Source of the DNA: an uncultured Candidatus Saccharibacteria bacterium
GTDB lineage: Bacteria; Patescibacteriota; Minisyncoccia; Phycocordibacterales; DATDWN01
Assembly: GCA_964452635.1 (NCBI GenBank)
Contig: CAYVMP010000006.1
Span: 1 to 37,599, forward strand
DNA length: 37,599 nucleotides
Direction: 5' to 3'
Shown here: piece by piece, positions 1-8,279 of the stretch
How positions within the stretch are numbered: the stretch's first letter is position 1
How the letters are laid out: each line of letters opens with the position of its first letter
Position numbers and translations under genes: made by a program
Notes under the pieces: model-generated
Told to the model about the DNA's origin: nothing
The model's input: the letters and a program-made list of their open reading frames with translations, nothing else
The model's database searches: none

Positions 1-2
1 TG

Positions 3-1118
3 ATTACAGAGATTACCGGAGGACGTGTTGGTGGGGGCGTTGATGTGTATACTAAACGAGAACTAGAAATTAAAGTCAAAACATCTGCGAAAAAGATTTC
101 CATGATTCTCGGTGTCGATATTTCTTCACAGAAAATAATTGAGTTGCTTGGCCGGCAACTTATACATGCAGAGGAGAGCGGGGATAGTATCGTGGTTTCT
201 GTTCCACGGGAGCGACTGGATATTCGTTTGGAGGAAGATATTGCTGAGGAAGTTGGAAGACTATACGGATATGAAAATATTGCACCGCAAGAGCTTGCCC
301 TCTCAGGTGGGTATGAAGTCAATCCACTACAATACGTCGAACAGTCAATACGTCGAGCACTCTGTCGAATAGGCTTCTCTGAGATATATACATATGGGTT
401 TGCACAGATGGGTGAGGTTTTGGTTGAAAATCCGCTTGCAGGGGATAAAAAGTTTTTACGATCAAGTTTGCTACCTGCAGTGAGTGCGTCACTTGAGCAT
501 AATTTTAAATTTACTGATCTTCTCGGCATGAGAGAGGTTTTGGTGTATGAAATGGGAACTGTGTTTCGAGAGAGTGGTGAGTTCGTGCATCTTGCACTTG
601 GTGTAAAGTTACCAAAGGGCAAAAAGTCAGATGTTGCTGATGAACGTATTGCGCATGCGATACACACCATTGAAGACGAGCTTGGTGTCTCTGTTGGAGA
701 TGTCTCGATAGTTGGTGGGGTAGCAGAGATAAACATCGAGCGTATCATCTCTGAGGTCAAAGTTCCAGAAAAATATCCGGATGATTTCTGGGTTACACCA
801 CTACATGCACAGGGGAACTACATGCCGATTTCTCCGTACCCATTTGCAGTGCGTGATGTGGCTGTCTTTGTACTAAGTACAGTATCGGCAGAGAGTGTGG
901 AGGGGATTATTCGTACATATCTCACGCCGATTGTCGTACGTTTCTCACTTTTTGATACGTTTACTAAGAATTTTCCTGATGGTACTTCTAAAACTTCGTA
1001 TGCATTTCGTCTCGTTTTCCAGTCTCTCGAGAAAACTCTCACAGATGATGAAATCAACGCAGTCATGAACCCAATCTACGACTCACTCAAGGCACAGGAG
1101 GGGTTTGAGGTGCGATAA
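3..1118 (+). CDS. pheT: Phenylalanine--tRNA ligase beta subunit (PheT), C-terminal part; 5' end lies outside the window
   Basis: The reading frame is open from the window edge. The B5-like segment (RERLDIRLEEDIAEEVGRLYGYENI) and the C-terminal anticodon-binding fold are typical of PheT, and the gene ends at TAA 1116-1118. Confidence 0.8.
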   Translation: MTEITGGRVGGGVDVYTKRELEIKVKTSAKKISMILGVDISSQKIIELLGRQLIHAEESGDSIVVSVPRERLDIRLEEDIAEEVGRLYGYENIAPQELALSGGYEVNPLQYVEQSIRRALCRIGFSEIYTYGFAQMGEVLVENPLAGDKKFLRSSLLPAVSASLEHNFKFTDLLGMREVLVYEMGTVFRESGEFVHLALGVKLPKGKKSDVADERIAHAIHTIEDELGVSVGDVSIVGGVAEINIERIISEVKVPEKYPDDFWVTPLHAQGNYMPISPYPFAVRDVAVFVLSTVSAESVEGIIRTYLTPIVVRFSLFDTFTKNFPDGTSKTSYAFRLVFQSLEKTLTDDEINAVMNPIYDSLKAQEGFEVR

Positions 1119-1180
1119 TTTTCTCACTTTCTATTTTACGCCTATAAATATAGATGTTTTTTAATTAAGAAACATATTAT

Positions 1181-1234
1181 TTATTTGTCAAAAATTTTAT
1201 TGACAAATAATGTATTTTATGGATAATAATCAAC
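1181..1234 (+). promoter_or_regulatory. Promoter (−35 TTGACA 1200-1205, 17-nt spacer, −10 ATAATA 1223-1228) overlapped by a perfect 11-bp inverted repeat, ttatttgtcaa-N8-ttgacaaataa (1181-1210). A hairpin plus T-run (1246-1266) lies in the leader before the RBS AAAGGAGGG
   Basis: Read directly from the sequence. The palindrome is perfect and contains the −35 hexamer. Confidence 0.5.
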
Positions 1235-1284
1235 CAGAACACGACGGGGCACTAGCCCCTTTTATCGTGTGAAAGGAGGGAAAA

Positions 1285-3105
1285 ATGGAAACATTTTTCC
1301 AGACATTGTTGGGTTATTGGTGGGTTCTAGCCATCGTGTTAGTTCTCGCCTGTTACAAACTTGTTTTCCGACTGTTCGGCGCGGTTATCATTCCGCAGGA
1401 CAGTATCGGCATCGTCAACAAGAAGTTCGTTCTGTTCGGCAAGAATCGCACGCTTCCCGACGGGTGCATCATCGCACTCAACGGCGAGGCTGGTATTCAA
1501 GCCGACACGTTGGCGCCCGGGATTCATTTCGGGTTCTGGCCTTGGCAGTACGAGGTTAGGATCGAAGGATTCACTCAGATTGAGGAGGGGATGATCGGTG
1601 TTGTTGAATCTGCCGATGGCAGATCTCTCAGTGCGGGACGTGTCCTTGCAGAACGAGTAGATTGCGACTCCTTTCAGGATGCTCGCAAGTTCCTCACGGG
1701 TGGTGGTGAACGTGGACCGCAAATCACGGTGATTCCTCCAGGAACTTACCGTGTTAACATAGGTCTGTTCACGGTCGTTCAAGAGGAGGCTCTCGAGATC
1801 GAAGATAACATGGTCGGTGTTGTCACGACGCGTGAAGGCAAAGCTCTTCCGACTGGCGACATTGCGGGCGGGGAAATCCGAGGACATAAAATGTTCCAGG
1901 ATGCTCAAGCTTTCATCGATAACGGTGGATTCAAGGGTCTGCAGGAACAGGTCATGCTGGCTGGTAGATACTTCATCAATCCGCGGTTCGCAACGGTGGA
2001 AACCAAACCAATGACCGAGGTCCCGATTGCCAATGCTGGCGTCGTCATCGCTTTCGTTGGTGATGCTGGCGTCGATGTGACAGGAGAGTCATTCAAACAC
2101 GGCAACTTGGTGAAGAGGGGTCAAAAGGGTGTCTGGGTCGAGCCTCTCGATCCGGGCAAGTACCCAATCAACCCTTACACTCACAAGGTGGAATGCGTGC
2201 CAACGGCAAACGTTGTTCTCAACTGGGCAACAGGTAAAACCGAGTCTCACATGCTCGACAAAAACCTGTCCACCATCACTGTTCGTTCGTCCGACGGCTT
2301 CACGTTCAATCTCGACGTTAGTCAGATCATTCACATTCCACGCACCGATGCTCCCAAAGTCATCGCTCGCTTCGGCAGTGTGGCCAATCTGGTCACTCAG
2401 GTTCTCGAACCGACAATCGGAAACTACTTCCGCAACGCTGCGCAAGGGTCCGATGTTATCGAGTTCTTGAAGCAACGGCAACAACGCCAGAATGATGCCA
2501 AAGAGCAGATCTCTGAGGCACTCGAAGATTACAATGTCGGTGCGGTGGACACCCTCATCGGTGACATTACTCCGCCAGCATCGCTCATGACAACTCTCAC
2601 CAACCGAAAGTTGGCTGAGCAGGAGAAGATTACGTACGATACGCAACGTCTGGCCGAGGATACCCGTAAGGAGCTTCAGCAAGCGAAAGCGCTAGCAGAT
2701 ACGCAGGCGCGAGTGGTAGACGCGGAACGGAGTGTTCAAATCGCCGAGTTCAATGCGAAAGCCACAGTCAAGAAGGCTGAGGGTGACGCACTTTCGAAGA
2801 CAATTAACGCCAAAGCTGATGCTGAGGTTCTCACGACCGTTGGCTCGGCTGAAGGTACGAAGATCACGGCAGTCGGTGAGGCAGAGGCGAAGGTTATCCA
2901 GTTAAAGACCAACGCGGTTGGTCCGGGTAACTATGCGATGATTGAAGTCGGCAGAGCACTGGCTGGCAGCGGCTTCAAGTTAGTGCCGGACGTGATCGCC
3001 GGTGGAGGGACTGACGGTGGAAGTTCTGGGATCATCAACGTACTTATGGCAGGAATACTAAAGGACTCGTTGAACGGTCATCGTCAGGAAGTTCCGAAGC
3101 AATAA
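1285..3105 (+). CDS. Flotillin-like SPFH/band-7 membrane protein (YqiK/FloA type). The gene is GC-rich (~58-60%) with C/G-ending codons, unlike the rest of the window
   Basis: The protein has an N-terminal TM segment, an SPFH domain and a C-terminal Ala/Glu-rich coiled coil (AEGDALSKTINAKADAEV...GEAEAKV). An RBS (AAAGGAGGG) sits 5 nt upstream. Codon usage is dominated by ATC, AAC, TTC, GTC, GGC and GAC. Confidence 0.75.
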   Translation: METFFQTLLGYWWVLAIVLVLACYKLVFRLFGAVIIPQDSIGIVNKKFVLFGKNRTLPDGCIIALNGEAGIQADTLAPGIHFGFWPWQYEVRIEGFTQIEEGMIGVVESADGRSLSAGRVLAERVDCDSFQDARKFLTGGGERGPQITVIPPGTYRVNIGLFTVVQEEALEIEDNMVGVVTTREGKALPTGDIAGGEIRGHKMFQDAQAFIDNGGFKGLQEQVMLAGRYFINPRFATVETKPMTEVPIANAGVVIAFVGDAGVDVTGESFKHGNLVKRGQKGVWVEPLDPGKYPINPYTHKVECVPTANVVLNWATGKTESHMLDKNLSTITVRSSDGFTFNLDVSQIIHIPRTDAPKVIARFGSVANLVTQVLEPTIGNYFRNAAQGSDVIEFLKQRQQRQNDAKEQISEALEDYNVGAVDTLIGDITPPASLMTTLTNRKLAEQEKITYDTQRLAEDTRKELQQAKALADTQARVVDAERSVQIAEFNAKATVKKAEGDALSKTINAKADAEVLTTVGSAEGTKITAVGEAEAKVIQLKTNAVGPGNYAMIEVGRALAGSGFKLVPDVIAGGGTDGGSSGIINVLMAGILKDSLNGHRQEVPKQ

Positions 3106-3121
3106 ACAGAAGTTCTTTAAC

Positions 3122-3156
3122 CCCGGCGGTGCGCCTCAAGCGCCCGCCGGATTTTC
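3122..3156 (+). terminator. Rho-independent terminator of the flotillin gene (ccggcgg tgcgcctcaagcgc ccgccgg + ATTTT)
   Basis: GC-rich perfect stem followed by a T-tract. Confidence 0.7.
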
Positions 3157-3196
3157 GTATATAAAATTTTAGTAATATGTGTGATACAATTTATTT

Positions 3197-3727
3197 ATGG
3201 ATTTCATATCACATGGACTATACGGAGGGGTGGCGTTTGGGAGAGAGAACAGAAAGATGTTTTGGTGGGCTTTTTTCTTTGGGATGATGCCAGATATTTT
3301 GGTATTCGGACCGTTTTTCGTACAGCGAATTGTTTCTGCTCTATTTGGACGAGGAGGAGGAAGTTTCCTCGGGAGACCAGAGATGATGTCTATTCCACAG
3401 TATGTGTATGAGGGGTACAACATCACTCATTCTCTCATTGTGTTTCTTTTAGTATTTGGTTTGCTCTGGCTTGTGTTTCGTCGACCAGTGTACGTGGTGC
3501 TCGGATGGCCACTCCACATTCTCACGGATTTATTTACACATTCTACTGAGTTTTTCCCCACACCTATTTTCTGGCCACTGTCGAATTTTCATATAAATGG
3601 TATTCCATGGTCACATCCTATTATTTTCATACCAAATGTGATTTTGCTTATCATTCTGTACACGTATTTTTTCGTCATACGCCCACGTCAGAGAAAGCGA
3701 ATTGAATGGAAAGGGGAGGAAAAGTAA
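3197..3727 (+). CDS. Putative membrane-bound metal-dependent hydrolase (YdjM/DUF457-like), multi-pass membrane protein
   Basis: The protein is 176 aa and hydrophobic, with His-rich motifs (HGLYGG, HSLIV, HILTDLFTHS). An extended −10-like sequence, TGaTACAAT, lies upstream at 3181-3189. Confidence 0.5.
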   Translation: MDFISHGLYGGVAFGRENRKMFWWAFFFGMMPDILVFGPFFVQRIVSALFGRGGGSFLGRPEMMSIPQYVYEGYNITHSLIVFLLVFGLLWLVFRRPVYVVLGWPLHILTDLFTHSTEFFPTPIFWPLSNFHINGIPWSHPIIFIPNVILLIILYTYFFVIRPRQRKRIEWKGEEK

Positions 3728-3788
3728 TACACAGTGAGAGATTGATTTTCTCTGAAGAAAGGAATATTGTTTTGGAGGAGGATCGAGC

Positions 3789-3923
3789 ATGACTTTTTCT
3801 GTTTTTTTGATGAGTGTTGTACCGATGTCTCTGAGGATTTTTTGTGGACTTTGTAAAAGGGCCTACCATCCAGAGCATCGCGCCTGCCCCTTTTGTGGGG
3901 CAAAAAAACCGGCAACACGATAA
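3789..3923 (+). CDS. Small (44 aa) zinc-ribbon protein with a C-x2-C-x10-C-x2-C motif and a hydrophobic N-terminus; not in the ORF track because it is under the length cut-off
   Basis: The start codon is preceded by GGAGGAGG at a 6-nt spacing, and an intrinsic terminator follows immediately (3932-3968). The sequence is MTFSVFLMSVVPMSLRIFCGLCKRAYHPEHRACPFCGAKKPATR. Confidence 0.4.
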   Translation: MTFSVFLMSVVPMSLRIFCGLCKRAYHPEHRACPFCGAKKPATR

Positions 3924-3931
3924 TCATTCTA

Positions 3932-3968
3932 AGCCCAGGGGAAATTCTCTCCTGGGCGTTTGGTTTTG
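3932..3968 (+). terminator. Intrinsic terminator (cccagggg aaattctct cctggg + GTTTGGTTTT)
   Basis: Stem-loop followed by a T-run. Confidence 0.65.
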
Positions 3969-3982
3969 TGTGCTTTTTGTCT

Positions 3983-4011
3983 TTGTTTCCTACAACCAAA
4001 TATGCTATAAT
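3983..4011 (+). promoter_or_regulatory. gyrB promoter: −35 TTGTTT (3983-3988), 17-nt spacer, −10 TATAAT (4006-4011)
   Basis: Consensus −10 element at the correct distance upstream of gyrB. Confidence 0.55.
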
Positions 4012-4035
4012 ACATAGATAAAAAACTATAGTTAT

Positions 4036-6177
4036 ATGTCTAAAGAATCTGAAAAAAAAGTGAAAAAGGACACGCCCACCAACGCTAAAGCTAAGGTGGA
4101 CACGTACGGAGCGGATGCAATCCAGATTTTGGAGGGTCTTGAACCCGTACGAAAGCGTCCTGGAATGTACATTGGTACGACTGGTCCAGACGGTCTTCAT
4201 CACCTTATTTGGGAAATTTTCGATAACTCACGTGACGAAGCCATGGGTGGTCATGCAAATGACATTGAGGTTACACTTTTGCCCAACAACCGTATCCGTG
4301 TTACGGACAATGGTCGTGGTATTCCAGTAGATATTCATAAACAGACCAAGGTGTCTGCGCTTGAAACCATTATGACAACACTCCACGCAGGAGGAAAGTT
4401 TGGTGGTGAAGACGGTGGCTACAAAGTGTCTGGAGGTCTGCACGGCGTGGGAGCATCGGTAGTTAACGCACTCTCTATTTATTGTAAAGTAACTGTTCAT
4501 AAGGACGGAGGTGTGTACATGCAGGAGTACTCTCAAGGCAAGAAAAAAGCACTTGTAAAGAAGATTGGAAGTACTAAAGAACAGGGAACGATTGTTCTCT
4601 TTGAACCTGATACAGCAATCTTTCAATCAGTTGAGTTTGATTTTGACCGAGTGGTCAACCATTTGCGCCAGCAGGCGTATCTCGTGAAGGGCTTGCGGAT
4701 TACAGTCAACGATGCACGTGAATATGCAGGAAAAATAAAAGAGGACGATACATTTAAAATATCTGAGCTTGGGTTGGAAATCCCATCAATGTCATTCTAT
4801 TTCGAAGGAGGTTTACTCTCTCTCGTCAAATTCTACAATAGTACTCAAAAACCGATTCATAAAAATATTTTCTATATTGAGAAAAATACAAACGAGTATG
4901 AGTCTGTTGAGGTATCCCTTCAGTACGTTGACGATATCTCATGTCGAATACTTCCATTTGCAAACAATATTTATAACCCCGAAGGAGGTACGCATGTAAC
5001 GGGATTTAAAACCGCACTGACACGTATTTTGAATGCGTACGCTCGTAAAAATAATTTGATAAAAGAAAGTGAAGATAACTTCACTGGTGACGATGTTCTC
5101 GAGGGTTTGACCGCAGTAATCTCCGTGAAGCTACGAGAGATTCAGTTCGAAGGTCAGACTAAAGCAAAACTCGGTACTGTCGAGGCACAGAGTTCAGTCA
5201 ACACAGTATTCTCTGAAGGATTCACATACTTCCTCGAGGAGAACCCAGATGATGCTCGATCAATCATTTCTAAAGTAGTTCTCGCACTCAAAGCTCGAAA
5301 GGCTGCAAAGGCTGCAAAGGATTCCGTGCTCCGTAAGGGTGTGCTTGAAGGTATGACACTCCCTGGTAAACTTGCCGACTGTCAGTCAAAGAGTTCTGAG
5401 GATTCTGAGCTCTTCATTGTGGAGGGAGATTCTGCAGGTGGTACTGCAAAGACTGGTCGTGATCGACGCACACAGGCGATACTTCCACTTCGAGGAAAGA
5501 TTCTTAACATTGAACGTGCACGTCTCGACCGAATGCTTGAGTCAGAACAGATCAAAAATCTCGTGCTTGCACTTGGAACTGCTATTGGTGATACGTTTGA
5601 TATTGCAAAACTTCGATATCACAAAGTGATTATTGCTACCGATGCAGACGTGGACGGTGCGCATATTCGAACATTGATTCTCACACTTTTTTATAGATTT
5701 TTCCGACCGCTTATTGATGGGGGATTCATATATATTGCTCAACCACCACTCTATAAAATAAAGAAAGGCAAGGAGGTCCACTACGCATATTCAGATGAGG
5801 AGAAGGCGGGTATTGTCGGAAAAGCTGAAGTCGCTGAGATTGGAGAAATCAGCGAGGAAGACCTTGCCCTGCGTAGCTCAAGTGAAGCGCAGAGCGAAGC
5901 AGGGGAAGATGCTGACACTCCTGCTTCGCCAAAGGCTTCGCAGGATAAAGCTAAAGCTTTGAAGATCTCTATTCAACGATACAAAGGTCTCGGAGAGATG
6001 AATGCTGAGGAACTCTGGGAGACAACGATGGACCCTGCTCGTCGAATACTCAAACAAGTTACTGTTGAGGATGGTGTGTCTGCTGACAAGGTATTCGATA
6101 TTCTCATGGGAAGTGACGTTCCATCTCGAAAGTCGTTCATTCAATCAAACGCAACTAAGGCAAATCTTGATATATAA
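4036..6177 (+). CDS. gyrB: DNA gyrase subunit B, with a ~35-40 aa low-complexity insertion in the C-terminal linker that contains a repeated palindromic element
   Basis: The ATPase (GHKL), transducer and Toprim domains are recognisable, including EGDSAGG, PLRGKILN and IQRYKGLGEMN motifs. The linker between YAYSDEE and IQRYKGLGEM is ~60 aa, versus ~20 aa in typical GyrB. Confidence 0.95.
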   Translation: MSKESEKKVKKDTPTNAKAKVDTYGADAIQILEGLEPVRKRPGMYIGTTGPDGLHHLIWEIFDNSRDEAMGGHANDIEVTLLPNNRIRVTDNGRGIPVDIHKQTKVSALETIMTTLHAGGKFGGEDGGYKVSGGLHGVGASVVNALSIYCKVTVHKDGGVYMQEYSQGKKKALVKKIGSTKEQGTIVLFEPDTAIFQSVEFDFDRVVNHLRQQAYLVKGLRITVNDAREYAGKIKEDDTFKISELGLEIPSMSFYFEGGLLSLVKFYNSTQKPIHKNIFYIEKNTNEYESVEVSLQYVDDISCRILPFANNIYNPEGGTHVTGFKTALTRILNAYARKNNLIKESEDNFTGDDVLEGLTAVISVKLREIQFEGQTKAKLGTVEAQSSVNTVFSEGFTYFLEENPDDARSIISKVVLALKARKAAKAAKDSVLRKGVLEGMTLPGKLADCQSKSSEDSELFIVEGDSAGGTAKTGRDRRTQAILPLRGKILNIERARLDRMLESEQIKNLVLALGTAIGDTFDIAKLRYHKVIIATDADVDGAHIRTLILTLFYRFFRPLIDGGFIYIAQPPLYKIKKGKEVHYAYSDEEKAGIVGKAEVAEIGEISEEDLALRSSSEAQSEAGEDADTPASPKASQDKAKALKISIQRYKGLGEMNAEELWETTMDPARRILKQVTVEDGVSADKVFDILMGSDVPSRKSFIQSNATKANLDI
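5865..5904. repeat. 40-nt palindrome-ended element, tgccctgcgtagctcaagtgaagcgcagagcgaagcaggg, inserted in-frame in gyrB and encoding ALRSSSEAQSEAG. An identical copy sits at 17574-17613 in smc. Further GCGAAGC/GCTTCGC palindromes follow in gyrB up to ~5942
   Basis: The 40 nt are identical at both loci. The ends are inverted repeats (ccctgc / gcaggg), and the 10-bp inverted repeat gcgaagcagg / cctgcttcgc lies at 5893-5926. Confidence 0.8.
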
Positions 6178-6186
6178 AAATAAATA

Positions 6187-6216
6187 CCTCACTCACGACG
6201 AGTGGGGTATTTTTTC
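6187..6216 (+). terminator. gyrB intrinsic terminator (cctcactc acgacg agtgggg + TATTTTTT)
   Basis: Stem-loop followed by a T-run directly after the gyrB stop. Confidence 0.65.
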
Positions 6217-6483
6217 AAAACTTTCAACAGTCATGACTTTGCGTTCTGACGCATTAAGCCATATTTCCACTTGGTCGGTATACTCCGACCTTAGTAACGG
6301 ATTTCGTTCATCCGCATGATCAATCTTTACCCAACTATCTTCGAATGTTGGGTAGGTACTGGTTATAGACTTGATATGGGTAGTAATGCTTGGTGTCACC
6401 CAAAATAAACTAACTCTGTACAACGTACACCTCCTTTCCAAGGTTACTGTGGTACAGGTCGTCTGTCAAATTTTTGCAACTAA

Positions 6484-8235
6484 CTATTTCTTCTCTTTTA
6501 TTTCCGTAACAAGTTTTTGCACGAGATCATCGAGTGACATCTGTCCAAGTTGTCCATGATCTCGGGATTCAAGAGTGACTTTATTCGCCTCAATTTCTTT
6601 ATCACCAATGACAATCCAATATGGAATTTTATTATTTTTTGCATCGCGGACTTTTTTGCCGAGATTTTCATCTGCATCATCTAGCTCGACACGAACATCT
6701 GAGTTTCTGAGTGTTTCAAATACCTGACGAGCATAGTCAGTATGATTTACCCTTACAGGGATGACTTTGACCTGTCGCGGTGAGAGCCACAGAGGGAAAT
6801 TTCCTGCAAAGTGTTCGATCATTACTCCCATGAATCGCTCGAGGGATCCAGATATTGCACGATGAATAACCACAGGTCGTTCCTGCTCACCCTTCTCGTT
6901 TGTAAACGAGAGATTAAATCGTTCAGGTAGGTTAAAGTCACACTGGATTGTGGCAAGTTGCCATTCACGACCAATGGCGTCTTTGAACATGACATCGAGC
7001 GTTGGTCCGTAGAATGCTGCTTCCCCCGGTCCGAGTTTGTAGTTGAGTTGGTTTGACTGAGCAACGTCCTCAAGTATTTTCTCCGCTGTTGCCCAGTTTT
7101 CTTCTGTTCCAATGTATTGGCTTTTATCCTCACCGCGAGTAGAGAGTCGTACCCAATAACCCTCTAGCATTCCCATTGTTGTGTAGAATTCTCTAATGAT
7201 TCCCGCAATCGTTCCGGCCTCATCTTTGATCTGAGACATTCTGCAGAACAAATGACCATCATCCTGTGTAATCGCGCGTACTCGAGTGAGTCCTGAAAGC
7301 TGACCCTTTTTCTCATCACGGTAGATAGTTGCAGGTTCAAAATATCGAACAGGCATATCGCGATATGAAAATTGATTGTCAGCAAAGATTTGCATGTGAT
7401 GCGGACAGTTCATCGGCTTCATGAAGAATTTTTCTTCTTTGCCCTGTACTCTAAAAAGCTCATCACCAAACTTTGATGCATGTCCAGATGTTTCGTAGAG
7501 TGCCTCCTTTGCAATGTGTGGTGTCCATACACGAGAGTATCCTTTATTTCTATGAAGACTCCATAGGTAATCCTCGATTTCCTTGCGAATAATCATACCG
7601 TTTGGTTGCATGAGTGGGAGTCCAGAACCAATGAGGTCGGAAACAGTAAAGAGTTTCATTTCTTTTCCGATAATTCGATGATCTCGTTTTTTAGCTTCTT
7701 CAACTTGCCATTCATATTTTTCTAAATCCGCTTTGGATTCAAACGCAAGTCCGTATATACGAGTGAGCATTTTGTTTTCTTCATTACCTCTCCAGTATGC
7801 ACCGGCAATACGTTCGAGTTTCCATGAGTCAGAAGGAATACTACTTACATCATCACTGTGTCCACCACGACATAGGTCAGTAAATGAATTTTTTCCTTCG
7901 CCAGAAGTGTATGTAGTGATAGTCTCTCCCTTGGCATTGATTTCCTCTACGAGTTCTAGTTTGTATGGGTTGTGTGAGAAGTATTCCCGTGCCTCTGCCA
8001 ATGACAGTTCTTTTTTGGAAAAACCTTTCCATGTTTTTCCAATCTGACGCATTTTTTGTTCGATTTTTTCAAAATCTTTGTCTGAAATAGGGGACATGAA
8101 TTCAAAGTCGTAGTAGAACCCAGTGTCGGTCGCGGGTCCTATCGTTGGGAGTGTTTGTGGATACAAATCGAGAATGGCGCAGGCCAATAGATGAGCAAGA
8201 GAATGTCGTATGTGAGGCAATTTTTCGTGTTCCAT
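6484..8235 (-). CDS. thrS: Threonine--tRNA ligase lacking the N-terminal TGS domain; the start is probably the ATG giving MEHEKLPHIRHS..., not the upstream TTG at 8265
   Basis: The N2 editing-domain motif HIRHSLAHLLACAI is present, followed by a class II catalytic core and a C-terminal anticodon-binding domain. ATG lies at 8233-8235 on the − strand. Confidence 0.9.
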   Translation of the reverse strand: MEHEKLPHIRHSLAHLLACAILDLYPQTLPTIGPATDTGFYYDFEFMSPISDKDFEKIEQKMRQIGKTWKGFSKKELSLAEAREYFSHNPYKLELVEEINAKGETITTYTSGEGKNSFTDLCRGGHSDDVSSIPSDSWKLERIAGAYWRGNEENKMLTRIYGLAFESKADLEKYEWQVEEAKKRDHRIIGKEMKLFTVSDLIGSGLPLMQPNGMIIRKEIEDYLWSLHRNKGYSRVWTPHIAKEALYETSGHASKFGDELFRVQGKEEKFFMKPMNCPHHMQIFADNQFSYRDMPVRYFEPATIYRDEKKGQLSGLTRVRAITQDDGHLFCRMSQIKDEAGTIAGIIREFYTTMGMLEGYWVRLSTRGEDKSQYIGTEENWATAEKILEDVAQSNQLNYKLGPGEAAFYGPTLDVMFKDAIGREWQLATIQCDFNLPERFNLSFTNEKGEQERPVVIHRAISGSLERFMGVMIEHFAGNFPLWLSPRQVKVIPVRVNHTDYARQVFETLRNSDVRVELDDADENLGKKVRDAKNNKIPYWIVIGDKEIEANKVTLESRDHGQLGQMSLDDLVQKLVTEIKEKK

Positions 8236-8279
8236 AATGTATACACAATACCAGAAAGCTACCAAAAAATCTAATATGA

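Noticed and set aside
6193-6441. The 82-aa − strand ORF in the 300-nt convergent gap between gyrB and thrS
   Set aside because: It starts with TTG inside its own putative RBS. Its stop lies inside the gyrB terminator hairpin, and it has an unremarkable composition. It is probably noncoding, although the gap is unusually long and contains hairpins (ggtcgg/ccgacc at 6266-6287 and cccaac/gttggg at 6330-6354).
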